A stretch of 32,989 nt of DNA from Craspedostauros australis (lineage: Eukaryota). The stretch is taken from contig JALAGF010001061.1 of the NCBI GenBank assembly GCA_030167865.1, positions 1 to 32,989 on the forward strand, written 5' to 3'. The position numbers were made by a program, and so were the translations under genes. Below, in pieces: positions 9,691 through 20,644 of the stretch (within the stretch, counting starts at the first letter, position 1; each line of letters begins with the position of its first letter). Below the pieces are notes generated by a model. That model was not told the origin of the DNA. It saw only the letters and a program-made list of their open reading frames with translations, and made no database searches.

Positions 9691-10819
9691 CTATTGTATT
9701 GTGTTATAAGAGGAATGAAGATGGCGATCTGGAGAATCGTAGTCCTCTAGGACTCCACCAATACAGTGGGATAACATCCTCTGCTCATTTCCACGCATCA
9801 TGGCCTTCTGATGATCATGTTCGTGCTCTATCTACTCCCACTTCAAGTTTATCTATTTCTAGGCTACCAGCGGGATATCTTGTGCCCAAAAGCGTTGCAC
9901 AATGCGGCATCGTGCTGTGATGTGATTTCCTTCGATTCGATGAAATTCAATTCAACAAAGTTCACAGATATCCTGCAGTGGGCAGGGCATTGTCTTCGCC
10001 ATCGTCGGTTCCATGAACATTGTGGCATGGACGTCGGGCGGAGGAAGAGCAAACGCCCAGGCGCGAATGGGCGTGTCGCGTTGTGCTTCCGCGTATTCGC
10101 AGTCTTGCGTGTGTGTACAAGAGTATTGGAAACGCCATACCATCGTTCCCACAAGCGCATGCAGTCCTCAACGTGGCTGTGTATCATGCTGCAATCGATG
10201 CGTGAAAAGTAAATGAGCAATGGCAAGAGAAAAGACCAGTTGACGTACTCCAACATACGCAATGATTGGTGATGCAACATAATGTGAGTGAGCCTGAATG
10301 CAAGAACATCGTCAAATGCACGAAGGAATGCGGACTTGGACAGCAACAACCAACACTAGGCACATCCACATTCAGTCACCTGCTTTGCCTCTGTACGAAA
10401 TGTTCTCCTGCATTGTCGTGGAGTAATTCTAGAGCTTTTTCAATAATCTTCATTGGCAAAAGCGAGGTGACGATGGTCGTCACATTGTATTATAAATATA
10501 ATGCATGATTCAAACAAGACACGCGGATCAGTGCAATACGCTGTTGTGCAGTGTACCGTACTGGTTATATACGCTGCACCATATCGTCCATTGGCACGCA
10601 CCTTCTTATTGCCTGTGCCTCTTGTGTCCGTTCTGTTCACAAGGGTCGTTGAACCAACCATACCGGTTTGGCTGGAGTGGAGTGACGGGGATTCCCTCCA
10701 TTCCGCACCAACGACGATCTGCTTTGTTTCGGGCACAACGGAGGCCAAGAGCCGCAACCCTCCGTGTAGGCACCTCCGCTGGAATCATGTCGTCTCCACT
10801 CCTCCGCGTCACATCGCAA

Positions 10820-11203
10820 TCAATCTGTGATGCCACGGATGTGAACCGTGTATGTTGGCGGGAATGGCTGACCGATCTTCCAATGAAAGAGGATGCGACA
10901 TAGACACAGAATGACAGCCATTATCACGATGAAGGCGAGCAGGTGATTCTCCGCCATTGTCAGCAACTGACGCGACAGCTCACCATCGCTGTTGTCATTG
11001 CCTCGCACTATCATCGCATCCGCATCAGTGTCATGGTGGATGTGGTTGTCATGAGGTGCTTCTCGATGATCGTTATGGAAGCGCGGCAGCAATGATGAGA
11101 CCTGAAACGCTGCTGCCATATCCTCTTCATCTTCGTCATGATTGCCGTGGTCCCGTGTGCTACTTCTTCGGCGGCCTCGATATCGCGCCAACAGCGACGA
11201 CAT
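10820..11203 (-). CDS. Possible small single-pass membrane protein (127 aa), hypothetical
   Basis: ATG-initiated ORF with a D/H-rich N-terminus and one hydrophobic segment LLAFIVIMAVILCLCRILF. It lies divergent from the RCC1-repeat gene and is not an antisense shadow of another gene. Confidence 0.4.
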   Translation of the reverse strand: MSSLLARYRGRRRSSTRDHGNHDEDEEDMAAAFQVSSLLPRFHNDHREAPHDNHIHHDTDADAMIVRGNDNSDGELSRQLLTMAENHLLAFIVIMAVILCLCRILFHWKIGQPFPPTYTVHIRGITD

Positions 11204-11858
11204 CTATGGACATCAGTTGATTGTGATCATGGAATGTAGTGCCATGGATGCTGATCGTACTACAATACTTCTTCTGCCACGATACATGGAAGGAATTCCT
11301 TGTTTGTGGACTACTCGCGAATGTGCCGCGCTCGTGCGAGTGGCGATGAGCACCAACTGTTTCACACCGTCGACGGTGCTGGTCTCTGTTCGTTGAGAAT
11401 GTCTGTGGATCTTGAGGCTGAGAGAGAGGCAGAGGAGAGGATGTGAGTGATGGATACGGATACTGGTGGTGTTGTTTTGAGAGGAGCCGGCATCTGGTCC
11501 GTGGTTGGCTGTGGTTGGTTGTGACGATGAATGACTGAAACGACTACAATGACCACTTCTCATTTGAAATCCGAGGAAATTCGCCAACCAGACGGACACA
11601 TCAACTGTTGCGTCGTTGAGCATCCAATGACATCACATCATCCCTCTCTCTCTCTCTGTTCTGTTCTGTTCCGAGACGATGACGATCAACGATTTGAGCA
11701 CCAACAAACATCGTCGTCGCGATGGCCATCATGGAAGACAGTCGTATGCGCTGGAGTAGTCGTAGTTGGCAGGGCAAGAGCATCGATTGGAACATCGATC
11801 GGCACCAACATCAGCATCAACATCAGCATCAACACCAGGGCACATTGACGTGGCGACC

Positions 11859-13466
11859 ATGGAGCATCATCCAAGCCATGATCCAAGCCCAGTACAGGTG
11901 CAGGCAGGTGGAGAGCACACGCTCGTGCTTGATAGACGTCATGGATCCATCTTTTCGGCCGGTGCCTGCGGATTGGGTTGGTGTCGACTTCATCCAGTGA
12001 CCGAGGCGTTGTTCCACTTTCGGAAGGTGCATCACATGCGCCACGTAGATGGGGTCAAATCGTCACCATCAAGACCATCCAATGCAACAGCTACAGCAGC
12101 TACGACAACGACGACACCGACGACGAAGACGACACCGACGACAACGAGCACGGAGCCGTTCAAAATGATGCACGCATCCTACTATCACAACCTTGCAGTG
12201 GGTGCTCAAAGTGGAATGCTATATTCGTGGGGTTGCGGGACATTCACGGAAGATTCCGGTGTCATGGATGGCGTCATTCCGGCACTGGGCCAAGTCCCAA
12301 GCAAAGACGGTCCACCCATCACCGATCGCGGCCAAGGTCCCACCACAGTTCCTCTTGCCCACGACGGTCACAATCCAGCTGACACGAATGCTGCGGACAG
12401 CATCGTCGCCATCTCGGGTGGTGCGTACCACTCCATTGTTCTCCAGGCATCCGGCCGGGTGCTGACATTTGGGGCAGGCCAGCTTGGGCAGCTCGGGCGC
12501 AAGATTGTTCGCGATTGTACGATGGATGGCACAGGCGATGCATCAGGTCTTCCTGTGGATCCCGCACCAACCTCCGTCGAAGGACTGCCATCGCCTCATG
12601 AAGATCCCGTCACTGGCGTCGGTGCTGGATTTTACAACACGTTCGCAGTGTGCCGATCGGGGGCCCTGTACTGCGCTGGCGAGAATCAGAATCAGCAATG
12701 CGGAGCCATGCGAAATGGAGCTCGGAACCTCATGAAGATGACGCGTGTCGAAGAATTTGGCGCTGAGGTTCTGCATGGCGGCGACGATAAGGGAATGGCG
12801 CAAGGTGGCGGAGATCGAATTGATCAAGTGGAGGGTGGGTATTGTCATACCTTGATCAAGACCCTGCGTGGCAAGCTCTTTTCGTTGGGTTGTGGTGATG
12901 ATGGGCAGAGAGGTGATGGCATGCTCTCGTTGGATGCGGACGACGACGACGATGGCAATAATGAGGAGGGCACTGTCGTCCATGAATCTTCGCACCCTCC
13001 GAACCCTGCTCATGATACCACAGTGGCCAGGCCGGTGGTCTCGCGGATCAAGCTGCCCAACGATGAATTGGTCGCTAAAATCGCTGCAGGTGCAAACCAC
13101 AGTGTCGTGCTCACAACCAATGGCAACGTCTTCGCCTTTGGTGCAAATGATGTGGGGCAATGTGGCGTCACAGCAAGGCCTCATGTCAGCACCACCCAAA
13201 CCAATAGCGATGGTGACGACGGCGATGATGATGAAGATGGTTCTGACCAGATGGACAACATCAGTGTCCCGACCAGAGTTCCTTTGCCGACTCAGGACAT
13301 CGTTGATGTTTCTGCAGGATACGCTCACAGCGTGGTGACTGTTGGGACTGGAGATGTGTATGTCTTTGGTCAGAACGACAATGGTCAACTTGGCATTGGG
13401 CGAAGTGATGTGGAGAGTATGGCTGAGCCTACAAAACTTAATGGATTACATCGCTGTTCAGAGTGA
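11859..13466 (+). CDS. RCC1/BLIP-II repeat beta-propeller protein (~535 aa)
   Basis: Repeated RCC1 signatures: AGGEHTLVL, ISGGAYHSIVL...FGAGQLGQLG, GGYCHTLI...LGCGDDGQRG, AAGANHSVVL...FGANDVGQCG and SAGYAHSVV...FGQNDNGQLG. First in-frame ATG is 11859; the ORF track starts at a TTG at 11766. Confidence 0.9.
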   Translation: MEHHPSHDPSPVQVQAGGEHTLVLDRRHGSIFSAGACGLGWCRLHPVTEALFHFRKVHHMRHVDGVKSSPSRPSNATATAATTTTTPTTKTTPTTTSTEPFKMMHASYYHNLAVGAQSGMLYSWGCGTFTEDSGVMDGVIPALGQVPSKDGPPITDRGQGPTTVPLAHDGHNPADTNAADSIVAISGGAYHSIVLQASGRVLTFGAGQLGQLGRKIVRDCTMDGTGDASGLPVDPAPTSVEGLPSPHEDPVTGVGAGFYNTFAVCRSGALYCAGENQNQQCGAMRNGARNLMKMTRVEEFGAEVLHGGDDKGMAQGGGDRIDQVEGGYCHTLIKTLRGKLFSLGCGDDGQRGDGMLSLDADDDDDGNNEEGTVVHESSHPPNPAHDTTVARPVVSRIKLPNDELVAKIAAGANHSVVLTTNGNVFAFGANDVGQCGVTARPHVSTTQTNSDGDDGDDDEDGSDQMDNISVPTRVPLPTQDIVDVSAGYAHSVVTVGTGDVYVFGQNDNGQLGIGRSDVESMAEPTKLNGLHRCSE

Positions 13467-14020
13467 ACGTGCTGTTCGGTTCGATGATCATTCCCGGTCA
13501 CCCCCTCTCAAGAGAGTGGAGGAGCGTCCAACAATTATTTCCAGTCAAGTAATGAAACGCAACGTTACATCGTGGGGGGCGCCCTCACGCAATAGGACTT
13601 GCTCTCTGGTCGACACTGTTGCACGTCGCATCCAACTGGTAGGGCAACTCCCACACTCCGTGCACGCGTTCATGACGTGGCAAATGTATGTGCCATCCAA
13701 AGATAACCATAAGCAGTGACCGCATGTCATGGATTCAGTATTCCAGGCATTGGTACAGGATGAGGCAAAGCTCCATTGCGTGGGATTCATCTGCTACCAT
13801 AGTAGTAACGATCTCATCATTCCTCGAACTGAGTATTGTACTTGGTGACAGGTCTGGCGATTGTTCTTCGTCGTAAATTCGATTCGACACTCCAACTTCA
13901 CCATTCGCACATCTTCACATATAAAATAGTATTATACTCATGACGACATGGACGCACTCAAACAAAACAAGGCAGATTTTGTATTATCGCGCCCATCCTC
14001 TTCGTGCTACCCTGGCGACA

Positions 14021-15823
14021 TTACTTCTTCGACTTTTCGAATTGGACCGGTGCCTGTCGCGGACCTGCGCTCATGTCACCGTTGCCTTCGGCACCCGCAA
14101 AACCCTTCGTTGCCTGGAACTTCGATGTGCCCTGCTTCAGCTTGTCGTACGACTCGTCGGCGTTGTAGGCGGTCTCGCCTCTGGTCGGACGATAGATGGA
14201 AGACGACGTGACGCCGGAGCGATCGAACAGCGGCTTGCTGTAGGTGTTGTAATCGTCATCGGCTCCGAATCCGGAGTCCAATCCTGCGGATTGGTTGTAC
14301 AGCCTCGAATCGACCTCACCACCCCCAGCGGCACCTGCGCCAGTGTGCTGGCCAAGCGCGACCTTCTCCGAGACATCGCGTTCGCCCTCCAGCTTTTGCT
14401 TCTTGAGCTTCATGTTCTTCTCCATGCGCATATCGCGCTCGCGCTCCTTGCGACGTTCCTGGCGCAGCCTCTCTCGCTGTCGGGCCGCAACCTCGTCGTC
14501 TGTTTCAGGAACACGACGAGTGTCGTCGTCGTCGTCGCTGCCATCATCCTTCTTGGAGGCGCTGGCGGGACGCTTTTCATCATCATCGTCGTCGGCGTCA
14601 TCATCATGCTGCTGCGCATCGACCAATCCGCTGCGCTCCAAACGAGCCTGGTTGGCCAACTCCCGCAGCTCCTCCTCGCGCTTCTCCTTCTCCTGCGTGG
14701 CGAGCTTCTTCTGCACCTGCGCACGCAGCTTGACCTCCTGCCTTGCCTGGCGTTCCGCGACGTAGAGACTCTCCGACAGCGTGGCGAAGTTGGGATTGAT
14801 GGTGTGCTCGCGCAGACCGCGCCCATCGGCCGCCAGACGCTTGTCGAGCGGGATCGTGTATCCGCGCGAGTTCTTCCAGTTACTGATGCAGGCCGGGACG
14901 TTCCACTTGTCACGCTCCTCCTTGCTGATCTTTTTGGGTGGCGCATGCAGGACAGGGACGGCGTCCTCCGCGGGACCGCGCGGCGCCTTGACGTGCTTGT
15001 GCTTGGGCGGCATCATGGGGTCGACCTGCTTCGGCACCATCTGGATGACGCGCTGGGCGGCGGCCGGGTTGTAGCCTGGCGCGTCGGGACGCGGGGTGTA
15101 CTTGATGAACTGCGTGTTGTCCTCGACGTTCTTGGAGGTGTTGGCATTGACGATGGCCGACCCCGAGGGCTTGTTCAACGCCGTCTTGGCGCTGATGAGC
15201 TTCTGCAGGGCCGCCTGGGTCTTCGCGGCCGCGGATTGCTGCTCGAAGTCGCTGGGCACCGTGATGTCCTCCTCCTTGGCCTGGCGCGCCACCATGTCTG
15301 AATGCTTGGAGTAGACGGTCTTTCCAGTGTTGGTGCCGCCCTTGACGATGGCATCGTACGACACCTCCCCGTCCTTGTCGACCTCGATGTTGACGAGCGC
15401 GTTGGACGTGGGCTGCGCGCCTGCCACGGCATTGCCGGCTGCGGACGTGGCGCTCCTCTTCTTCATGTGCGGATTGCCCATGTGGCGTGGGTACTGCGCG
15501 ACGTGGATCTCCGGGAAGGCTCCGCCGTCATCGAAATCCTGGATGGATCGCGGCACGAAGAGCTTGGTGGGGTGCTTCTTGCGTTGGTCCGCGCTCATCT
15601 TTCTCAGTCTGGCAGCCGCAGCGCATCGTTCCTTGTAGGCTGGCGCGCGGCTGGGCTTCTTCGCAGCGGCGGCAGCAACTGCAGATGAACTCGTCGTCTC
15701 CGGGGCGATCACCACGGCAGAGTCCTCCTCCGCCTCGAAGATGTCCTCCACCTTGGCCTTCTGCGTGGGCTTCGACAGCATCTTGCGCGGTGGAGGGAGG
15801 GACAGGGAGATGGAAGACGCCAT
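14021..15823 (-). CDS. SNW1: SNW domain splicing factor SKIP/Prp45 (~600 aa), intronless
   Basis: Motifs FDDGGAFPEIHVAQYP, DPMMPPKHKH, CISNWKNSRGYTIPLDKRLAADGRGL, ERDVSEKVALG and PVQFEK. Start set at MASSISL (15823) because the upstream in-frame stretch is a 9-mer repeat UTR. Confidence 0.97.
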   Translation of the reverse strand: MASSISLSLPPPRKMLSKPTQKAKVEDIFEAEEDSAVVIAPETTSSSAVAAAAAKKPSRAPAYKERCAAAARLRKMSADQRKKHPTKLFVPRSIQDFDDGGAFPEIHVAQYPRHMGNPHMKKRSATSAAGNAVAGAQPTSNALVNIEVDKDGEVSYDAIVKGGTNTGKTVYSKHSDMVARQAKEEDITVPSDFEQQSAAAKTQAALQKLISAKTALNKPSGSAIVNANTSKNVEDNTQFIKYTPRPDAPGYNPAAAQRVIQMVPKQVDPMMPPKHKHVKAPRGPAEDAVPVLHAPPKKISKEERDKWNVPACISNWKNSRGYTIPLDKRLAADGRGLREHTINPNFATLSESLYVAERQARQEVKLRAQVQKKLATQEKEKREEELRELANQARLERSGLVDAQQHDDDADDDDDEKRPASASKKDDGSDDDDDTRRVPETDDEVAARQRERLRQERRKERERDMRMEKNMKLKKQKLEGERDVSEKVALGQHTGAGAAGGGEVDSRLYNQSAGLDSGFGADDDYNTYSKPLFDRSGVTSSSIYRPTRGETAYNADESYDKLKQGTSKFQATKGFAGAEGNGDMSAGPRQAPVQFEKSKK

Positions 15824-15852
15824 GATGGTTGTTATTGGTGTGCACTGGCTGA

Positions 15853-15897
15853 GTTGGATGGGTTGAATTGGTTGAATGAGTTGAATTGGTTGAATGA
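15853..15897. repeat. 9-bp tandem repeat (GTTGAATTG/GTTGAATGA) in the SNW1 5' region
   Basis: Four near-perfect units at 15862-15897 plus one degenerate unit at 15853. Confidence 0.85.
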
Positions 15898-16573
15898 GGT
15901 AGACGGGTCGAGTCGAGCGTCTTTCTGTGTGTTGATGCCAATGTGCTTTGTGATTGGCTTTGGATTCGTCCCAATGCATCAATCTATTTGCGACAGTGGT
16001 GGAATGTGTGTCGCAGAGTTGGTGTTGTGGGTGCAGTCGTGTGGCTCTCTCTCTTCCCTTTCGTCATCTTCAATTGGTGGCAGACACACAAGGGAGACCT
16101 CCTCGTTGTTGTTGTTGTTCTTCCGTTCGTGTTTTCGGTTGTGGTCGTGACGCGTTTTGCTTCTTCGTGTGGAATGGTTGGCCTTCCGCCCGTCCGTCTC
16201 CGTGCACAACAGGTCGATTTAGTCATTGAATCGACCAAACGGAGCGATTCTTCTCCTCCTACACAATAACTGTAACCGTTAAACATGATAGTTTTGTGTC
16301 ACAAACTTGCCACAAATCGCAACCTCCAAACGCGTGGGCGGAGGGTGCAATCATCTGCGTCTGTGGGTTGGATGGGCAGGAGGGAGGTGGTGGCGTGGTG
16401 TCATGAGTCCATGCTGAATTCGATCTGCTTGCGGCCCTCTCCAGAGAGTTCCTGAATGGTATGTTTAGCAGGGTGCTACGACTAGTCCATTTGTTTATCG
16501 TATTGGGGCGATGTATCAAGGCTTCGAGACGACCACAACACCGACCGCGAACCACCGTCTTGGGCTTGCGCTC

Positions 16574-19500
16574 CTACAAGTGAGCTGCAAGCTTGTCCAA
16601 ATCGGCCATCCAAGCTTCTTCGGGCGTTTGCGATCTGGTCGCTTCCAATTCTCGTTCGGTCTTGCCCATGTCCGCCGTCAGCGCATCGATTCGTTCCACG
16701 TTCAGGCTTGCCAACGGCATGCGCAGCAGGTACTCAAAGTCCTCGTCCTCGTGCGGCGTACCAGATTCGTCCTGCAGCGTCGCGCGGCGTTGGCTCAGAC
16801 TGTTGTTGTTGCGAATGCGATCCAATTCCTGCATGCTGGTGAAGGATAGACTTCGCAACGCCGCCACCGTCTCGGCTTTGGTGGAACCGCCGCGCAGAAG
16901 GTCGATGGTTCCGTCTGTCACGGCTTCGATGAAACGCGATTTGTTCTTGGAGAGGGCCGCAGAGAATTCCATCTCCGAAACGATCACGCTCTTGCGATCG
17001 TGATACAGCGACAGTCGGATGGGGAAGTATGCATCGGCGATATCCTGAGCGCTGGAAAACAACTGGATGGTGCTGGTCGGATCGAACGCGTGCATGTTGC
17101 TGGTCGAGAAGGCGGACTTCAGCTTGAAGACTTTCTCGAGCGTGTTCTTGCTTTCCAGCCTGTCCAATTTGGAGCCTTTCATCGAGACCTTGAAGGAAAC
17201 CTTGGTGGTTGTGTGATCCTCAACGAAGCCTTCGATCAACCCGTCCTCTTTCATCTTTATCAGCCTCTCTTTGTAACGATTCGTCCACACCCCGATCGGC
17301 AATTCGTCGATGAGCACGGTCTTCTTCGTGGTACGGCGTATCCTTCCGGTGCTCACGTATCCTGTACCGTCACCCTTTTTTTCGATGGCACCTTCGAATC
17401 CTCGAGCGAACGGTTCTATGATTGGGAGTTCGGATCTATCTTCCAGCTTGGCCCTCACATAATCCAGCACCTGCATCGGGTTGTGCGGAGGTATGTAGGT
17501 GCTCCAGCCAGTTCCAATTCCCTGAGATCCATTCACGAGGAGCATCGGGATTATGGGACAATAGTACCGCGGTTCGATGATCTGCCCATCCTCCTCCAAA
17601 TACTCCAGCAGGACATCATCCGCCTCTGGGTAGATGTGTCTCGTGATGGGATTCAACCGCGTGAAGATGTAACGCGGCGACGCCGCATCGTCTCCACCCA
17701 TCAAACGGGTTCCGAACTGGCCGTTCGGTTCCAGGAGGTTGATATTGTTGGACCCAACAAAGTCTTGAGCCATCCCGATGATGGTGGATTGCAAGCTGGC
17801 CTCGCCATGGTGGTAGGCAGTGTGCTCCGCAACGTAGCCCGTTAGCTGCGCCACCTTGATTTCAGACTTCAGCTTGCGCTTGAAGCAAGCGTGCAGCACC
17901 TTGCGTTGCGAAGGCTTCAAGCCATCGATGACGTTGGGAAGGCTTCGGACGTTGTCTGCGTGGGAGAAATGGATCATCTCCTTGTTGACAAAGTCTTCGT
18001 ACGTGATGGCGTTCGAGTTGTCGACATCCGCGACCACGGTGGCCATGCTGTCGTACTCGTTGATCAGCCAATCTCGGCGATCCGCCGATCGGAACTTCTC
18101 AAACACCTTGTCGAGCATCTCGCCATCCATCTCCGAATGCCAGACGAATGGCCGATAATGCCGTTCAAACTCGGCAAAGTACGCCTTCGCTTCCGTGGCG
18201 GTGGAGGTTCCGAGACCTTTGTAGTACTTGATCTTCCACCGCTTGATATCGCCACCTGACGACACCAGCGAATCCCGCCATTCGGTGTACTCTGCCGCCG
18301 AGTAAAATGACTTGATTTTCCCTCCCTTCTTGCCCTTGGGCGCAACCTTCAACAACGGCGTGATGAACGATGCGAGGAAAGGACGCTGCTCAGGTTCATC
18401 GTCGGGCGGCTTCAATAGATTTGGCCAAAAGTGCCGAAAGAAGTTGATGACCAGCCCCTTGATGTGAGACCCGTCGTTGTCCTGATCCGTCATAAGCATG
18501 ACGTGCCCATACCGCAGCTTCTGGCGTTCTGCTGCCGTTGCGTAGCCGAGCTTGAAATTCAATCCAAGGATCGCGACCAACGCCTTGACTTCTTCGTTCT
18601 TTACCAGTTTCTGGACGCTCACGTCACGGACGTTCAGGAACTTGCCGCGCAATGGAAACACCCCGTACAGATCCCGGCCGACCTTCTCAAGTCCAGACAC
18701 TGCCAGCGCCTTGGCGGAGTCTCCTTCCGTCAGTATCAGCGTGCATTCGTGCCCGTCCTTGCCGCCAGCCTCGTGGGCATCCTCCAACTTCGGCATGTTC
18801 ATCAGTTTGCTTTTGGACTTTTTGCCGCCCACCTGCTGTATGAGGCTCTCCTGCTGCTTGTCACGGGCGGCGCGTATCACGGCCTCCACGATCCCCGATC
18901 CGCCCTCATCTTGCGGCTGCACGAGTCTCTCCAGAAACTCTGGTGACAGTTTGCACTGGCTGCCGAAGCTCTTCGGTGTTGATGTCAGGCATTCCTTCAT
19001 TTGCGAATCGAAGGTGGCATTTTCAATCAAGGCATTGCAAGCCACGAAGAGATTGCGTTTGATGGTGTTGGGCTGGAGGCTCCCGGCCAAGATGGGCTCC
19101 ATCTTGGCGACATGGCCCTTGATCACCTGGACGAGCTGCTGCACCAGCATATCGACATGCGTCCCACCACGCGGTGTCGCCATGCCGTTCACGAAGGAGA
19201 TTGTCTGCAGAGACTTGCTTTCCGACAACCCCACGCCGATCGTCCAACGATCGTTGATGTCCGCAAAGCAGAACGGCAGATCATCGCTGCGCCGATACAG
19301 CTGGATGTAGGACGCGAAAGAATCTTGCGTGACATCGACGCCGTTGAGAGTGACCTTCAACTGACCAGCCGCGCAACCGGCAGCATCCAACACGCGCTTG
19401 CACATGATGGCATACTCATTTGGATGGATGTTGTTGCTGCTACTGTCTCCGGCTGCTGTATCTGCATCGGGAATGTTGCCATCGAACCGCTCCATGTCTG

Positions 19501-20644
19501 GCACGTACGTGAGGCAGGTGTAGTCGACCGTGTTGCCCGCTTCGTCATTCTGCAGCGAATCAATTTGTGCCGACGATGCCTGCGTCATGTTGTCCTTCCA
19601 GGTCTGCTGATACCGCAGTTGCCGTTGCGTGTCGACGGTCTCGACCGTGAATTGCTTCGAGAAGATGTTGGTCAATTTGGCACCGTATCCATGCCGACCA
19701 CCCGTGATGCGCCGTTCGTCGTCGTCAAAGTTGGAACCGGTGAGCAGATGTCCGAACAGCATCTCTGGGACGTACATCTGCTCTTCCTTGTGGATCTCGA
19801 CTGGGATGCCCTTGCCGTCGTTGCGAACAATGATGAATGGGTGTTGTTCGTCGGTTGCGCTGCTGGATCCTGGATGGATGACGACATCGATTCGCGTGCA
19901 GGAGTCCGGATGCCGCAATCGATTGTCCGAAGCGTTGACGAGGATCTCATCGAATATCTTGACGAGGCCAGGCACCAGCGCGTATTCCTGCTGCTTCATT
20001 CGGAAGGTTGGCACAATACTGTCCGCGTTGACGTTCTCGTTGTCATGAATGCTGTCGTCGGACTGCTGCTGTCGCATGAATGCCTCCATCGCATGACGGG
20101 CTTGTTCCATCGTCGCGGACCCATCGGATGGCGGCGGTATCGGTGGGTCCAGAACCCAGCATGGCGTTGGTGGCAACCGCTCCACTGGACCGATGTACAT
20201 GCCGGGACGCAATAGCACGTGTTCCAAGGGCGACTTTTTGCTGTACTGCTCTTCGATGGACTTCTCGTGGAAGCCTTGTGGTTGATCCAACTCCTCTGCA
20301 ATTGGCACGGCTTTCGCTGTCGTCGTTTTCTTCCTCGTTGCTTTCTTCTTTGCCACTTTCTTTTTGGTTGTGGTGGTGCTCGTCGACAAGGTTCGACTTT
20401 GGGTGGTTGTACCGACATGTGAGACACGCAATGAGGCTGAACTACCAGTGCATGTGGAATGAAGGCAGATACATGAAGAAGTAGTAGGCGAGGAATGGCA
20501 GGATGCTGAGGATTGCCAACGTTGACGATGGCGCTCATTGAAAAGGGTCGATGATCGATGATTCATGTGAGCGAACCGCAACGAACTTCGATGCCGTAGC
20601 AACGCTTGTCTTCGACATCCTCCTCGGATCTGGGATGACAGCAT
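16574..20644 (-). CDS. TOP2: DNA topoisomerase II (eukaryotic type IIA), probably organelle (mitochondrion)-targeted, ~1356 aa
   Basis: GHKL motifs FDEILVNASDN and GGRHGYGAKL; TOPRIM motifs TEGDSA, PLRGK and MTDQDNDGSHIKGL; also YYKGLGTS, DGLKPSQRK, AYHHGE and catalytic ASPRYIFT. First in-frame ATG is 20644; the ORF track starts at 20776 on a non-ATG codon. Confidence 0.97.
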   Translation of the reverse strand: MLSSQIRGGCRRQALLRHRSSLRFAHMNHRSSTLFNERHRQRWQSSASCHSSPTTSSCICLHSTCTGSSASLRVSHVGTTTQSRTLSTSTTTTKKKVAKKKATRKKTTTAKAVPIAEELDQPQGFHEKSIEEQYSKKSPLEHVLLRPGMYIGPVERLPPTPCWVLDPPIPPPSDGSATMEQARHAMEAFMRQQQSDDSIHDNENVNADSIVPTFRMKQQEYALVPGLVKIFDEILVNASDNRLRHPDSCTRIDVVIHPGSSSATDEQHPFIIVRNDGKGIPVEIHKEEQMYVPEMLFGHLLTGSNFDDDERRITGGRHGYGAKLTNIFSKQFTVETVDTQRQLRYQQTWKDNMTQASSAQIDSLQNDEAGNTVDYTCLTYVPDMERFDGNIPDADTAAGDSSSNNIHPNEYAIMCKRVLDAAGCAAGQLKVTLNGVDVTQDSFASYIQLYRRSDDLPFCFADINDRWTIGVGLSESKSLQTISFVNGMATPRGGTHVDMLVQQLVQVIKGHVAKMEPILAGSLQPNTIKRNLFVACNALIENATFDSQMKECLTSTPKSFGSQCKLSPEFLERLVQPQDEGGSGIVEAVIRAARDKQQESLIQQVGGKKSKSKLMNMPKLEDAHEAGGKDGHECTLILTEGDSAKALAVSGLEKVGRDLYGVFPLRGKFLNVRDVSVQKLVKNEEVKALVAILGLNFKLGYATAAERQKLRYGHVMLMTDQDNDGSHIKGLVINFFRHFWPNLLKPPDDEPEQRPFLASFITPLLKVAPKGKKGGKIKSFYSAAEYTEWRDSLVSSGGDIKRWKIKYYKGLGTSTATEAKAYFAEFERHYRPFVWHSEMDGEMLDKVFEKFRSADRRDWLINEYDSMATVVADVDNSNAITYEDFVNKEMIHFSHADNVRSLPNVIDGLKPSQRKVLHACFKRKLKSEIKVAQLTGYVAEHTAYHHGEASLQSTIIGMAQDFVGSNNINLLEPNGQFGTRLMGGDDAASPRYIFTRLNPITRHIYPEADDVLLEYLEEDGQIIEPRYYCPIIPMLLVNGSQGIGTGWSTYIPPHNPMQVLDYVRAKLEDRSELPIIEPFARGFEGAIEKKGDGTGYVSTGRIRRTTKKTVLIDELPIGVWTNRYKERLIKMKEDGLIEGFVEDHTTTKVSFKVSMKGSKLDRLESKNTLEKVFKLKSAFSTSNMHAFDPTSTIQLFSSAQDIADAYFPIRLSLYHDRKSVIVSEMEFSAALSKNKSRFIEAVTDGTIDLLRGGSTKAETVAALRSLSFTSMQELDRIRNNNSLSQRRATLQDESGTPHEDEDFEYLLRMPLASLNVERIDALTADMGKTERELEATRSQTPEEAWMADLDKLAAHL

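Noticed and set aside
9811..10350. Overlapping 130-160 aa ORFs on both strands
   Set aside because: They have Cys/Arg/His-rich random-like composition and no recognisable domains; treated as intergenic.
10637..10822. TGA stop followed by a 60-codon in-frame ORF (possible selenocysteine or readthrough)
   Set aside because: No redox motif around the TGA and no recognisable SECIS (AUGA/AA/GA) element.
13940..15301. Long antisense ORFs (453 aa here; likewise 4145..4771, 6891..7928, 12543..13388, 17000..17845, 19001..20215, 27081..28148, 28848..29855)
   Set aside because: They are shadows of GC-rich coding sequence on the opposite strand, with no motifs of their own.
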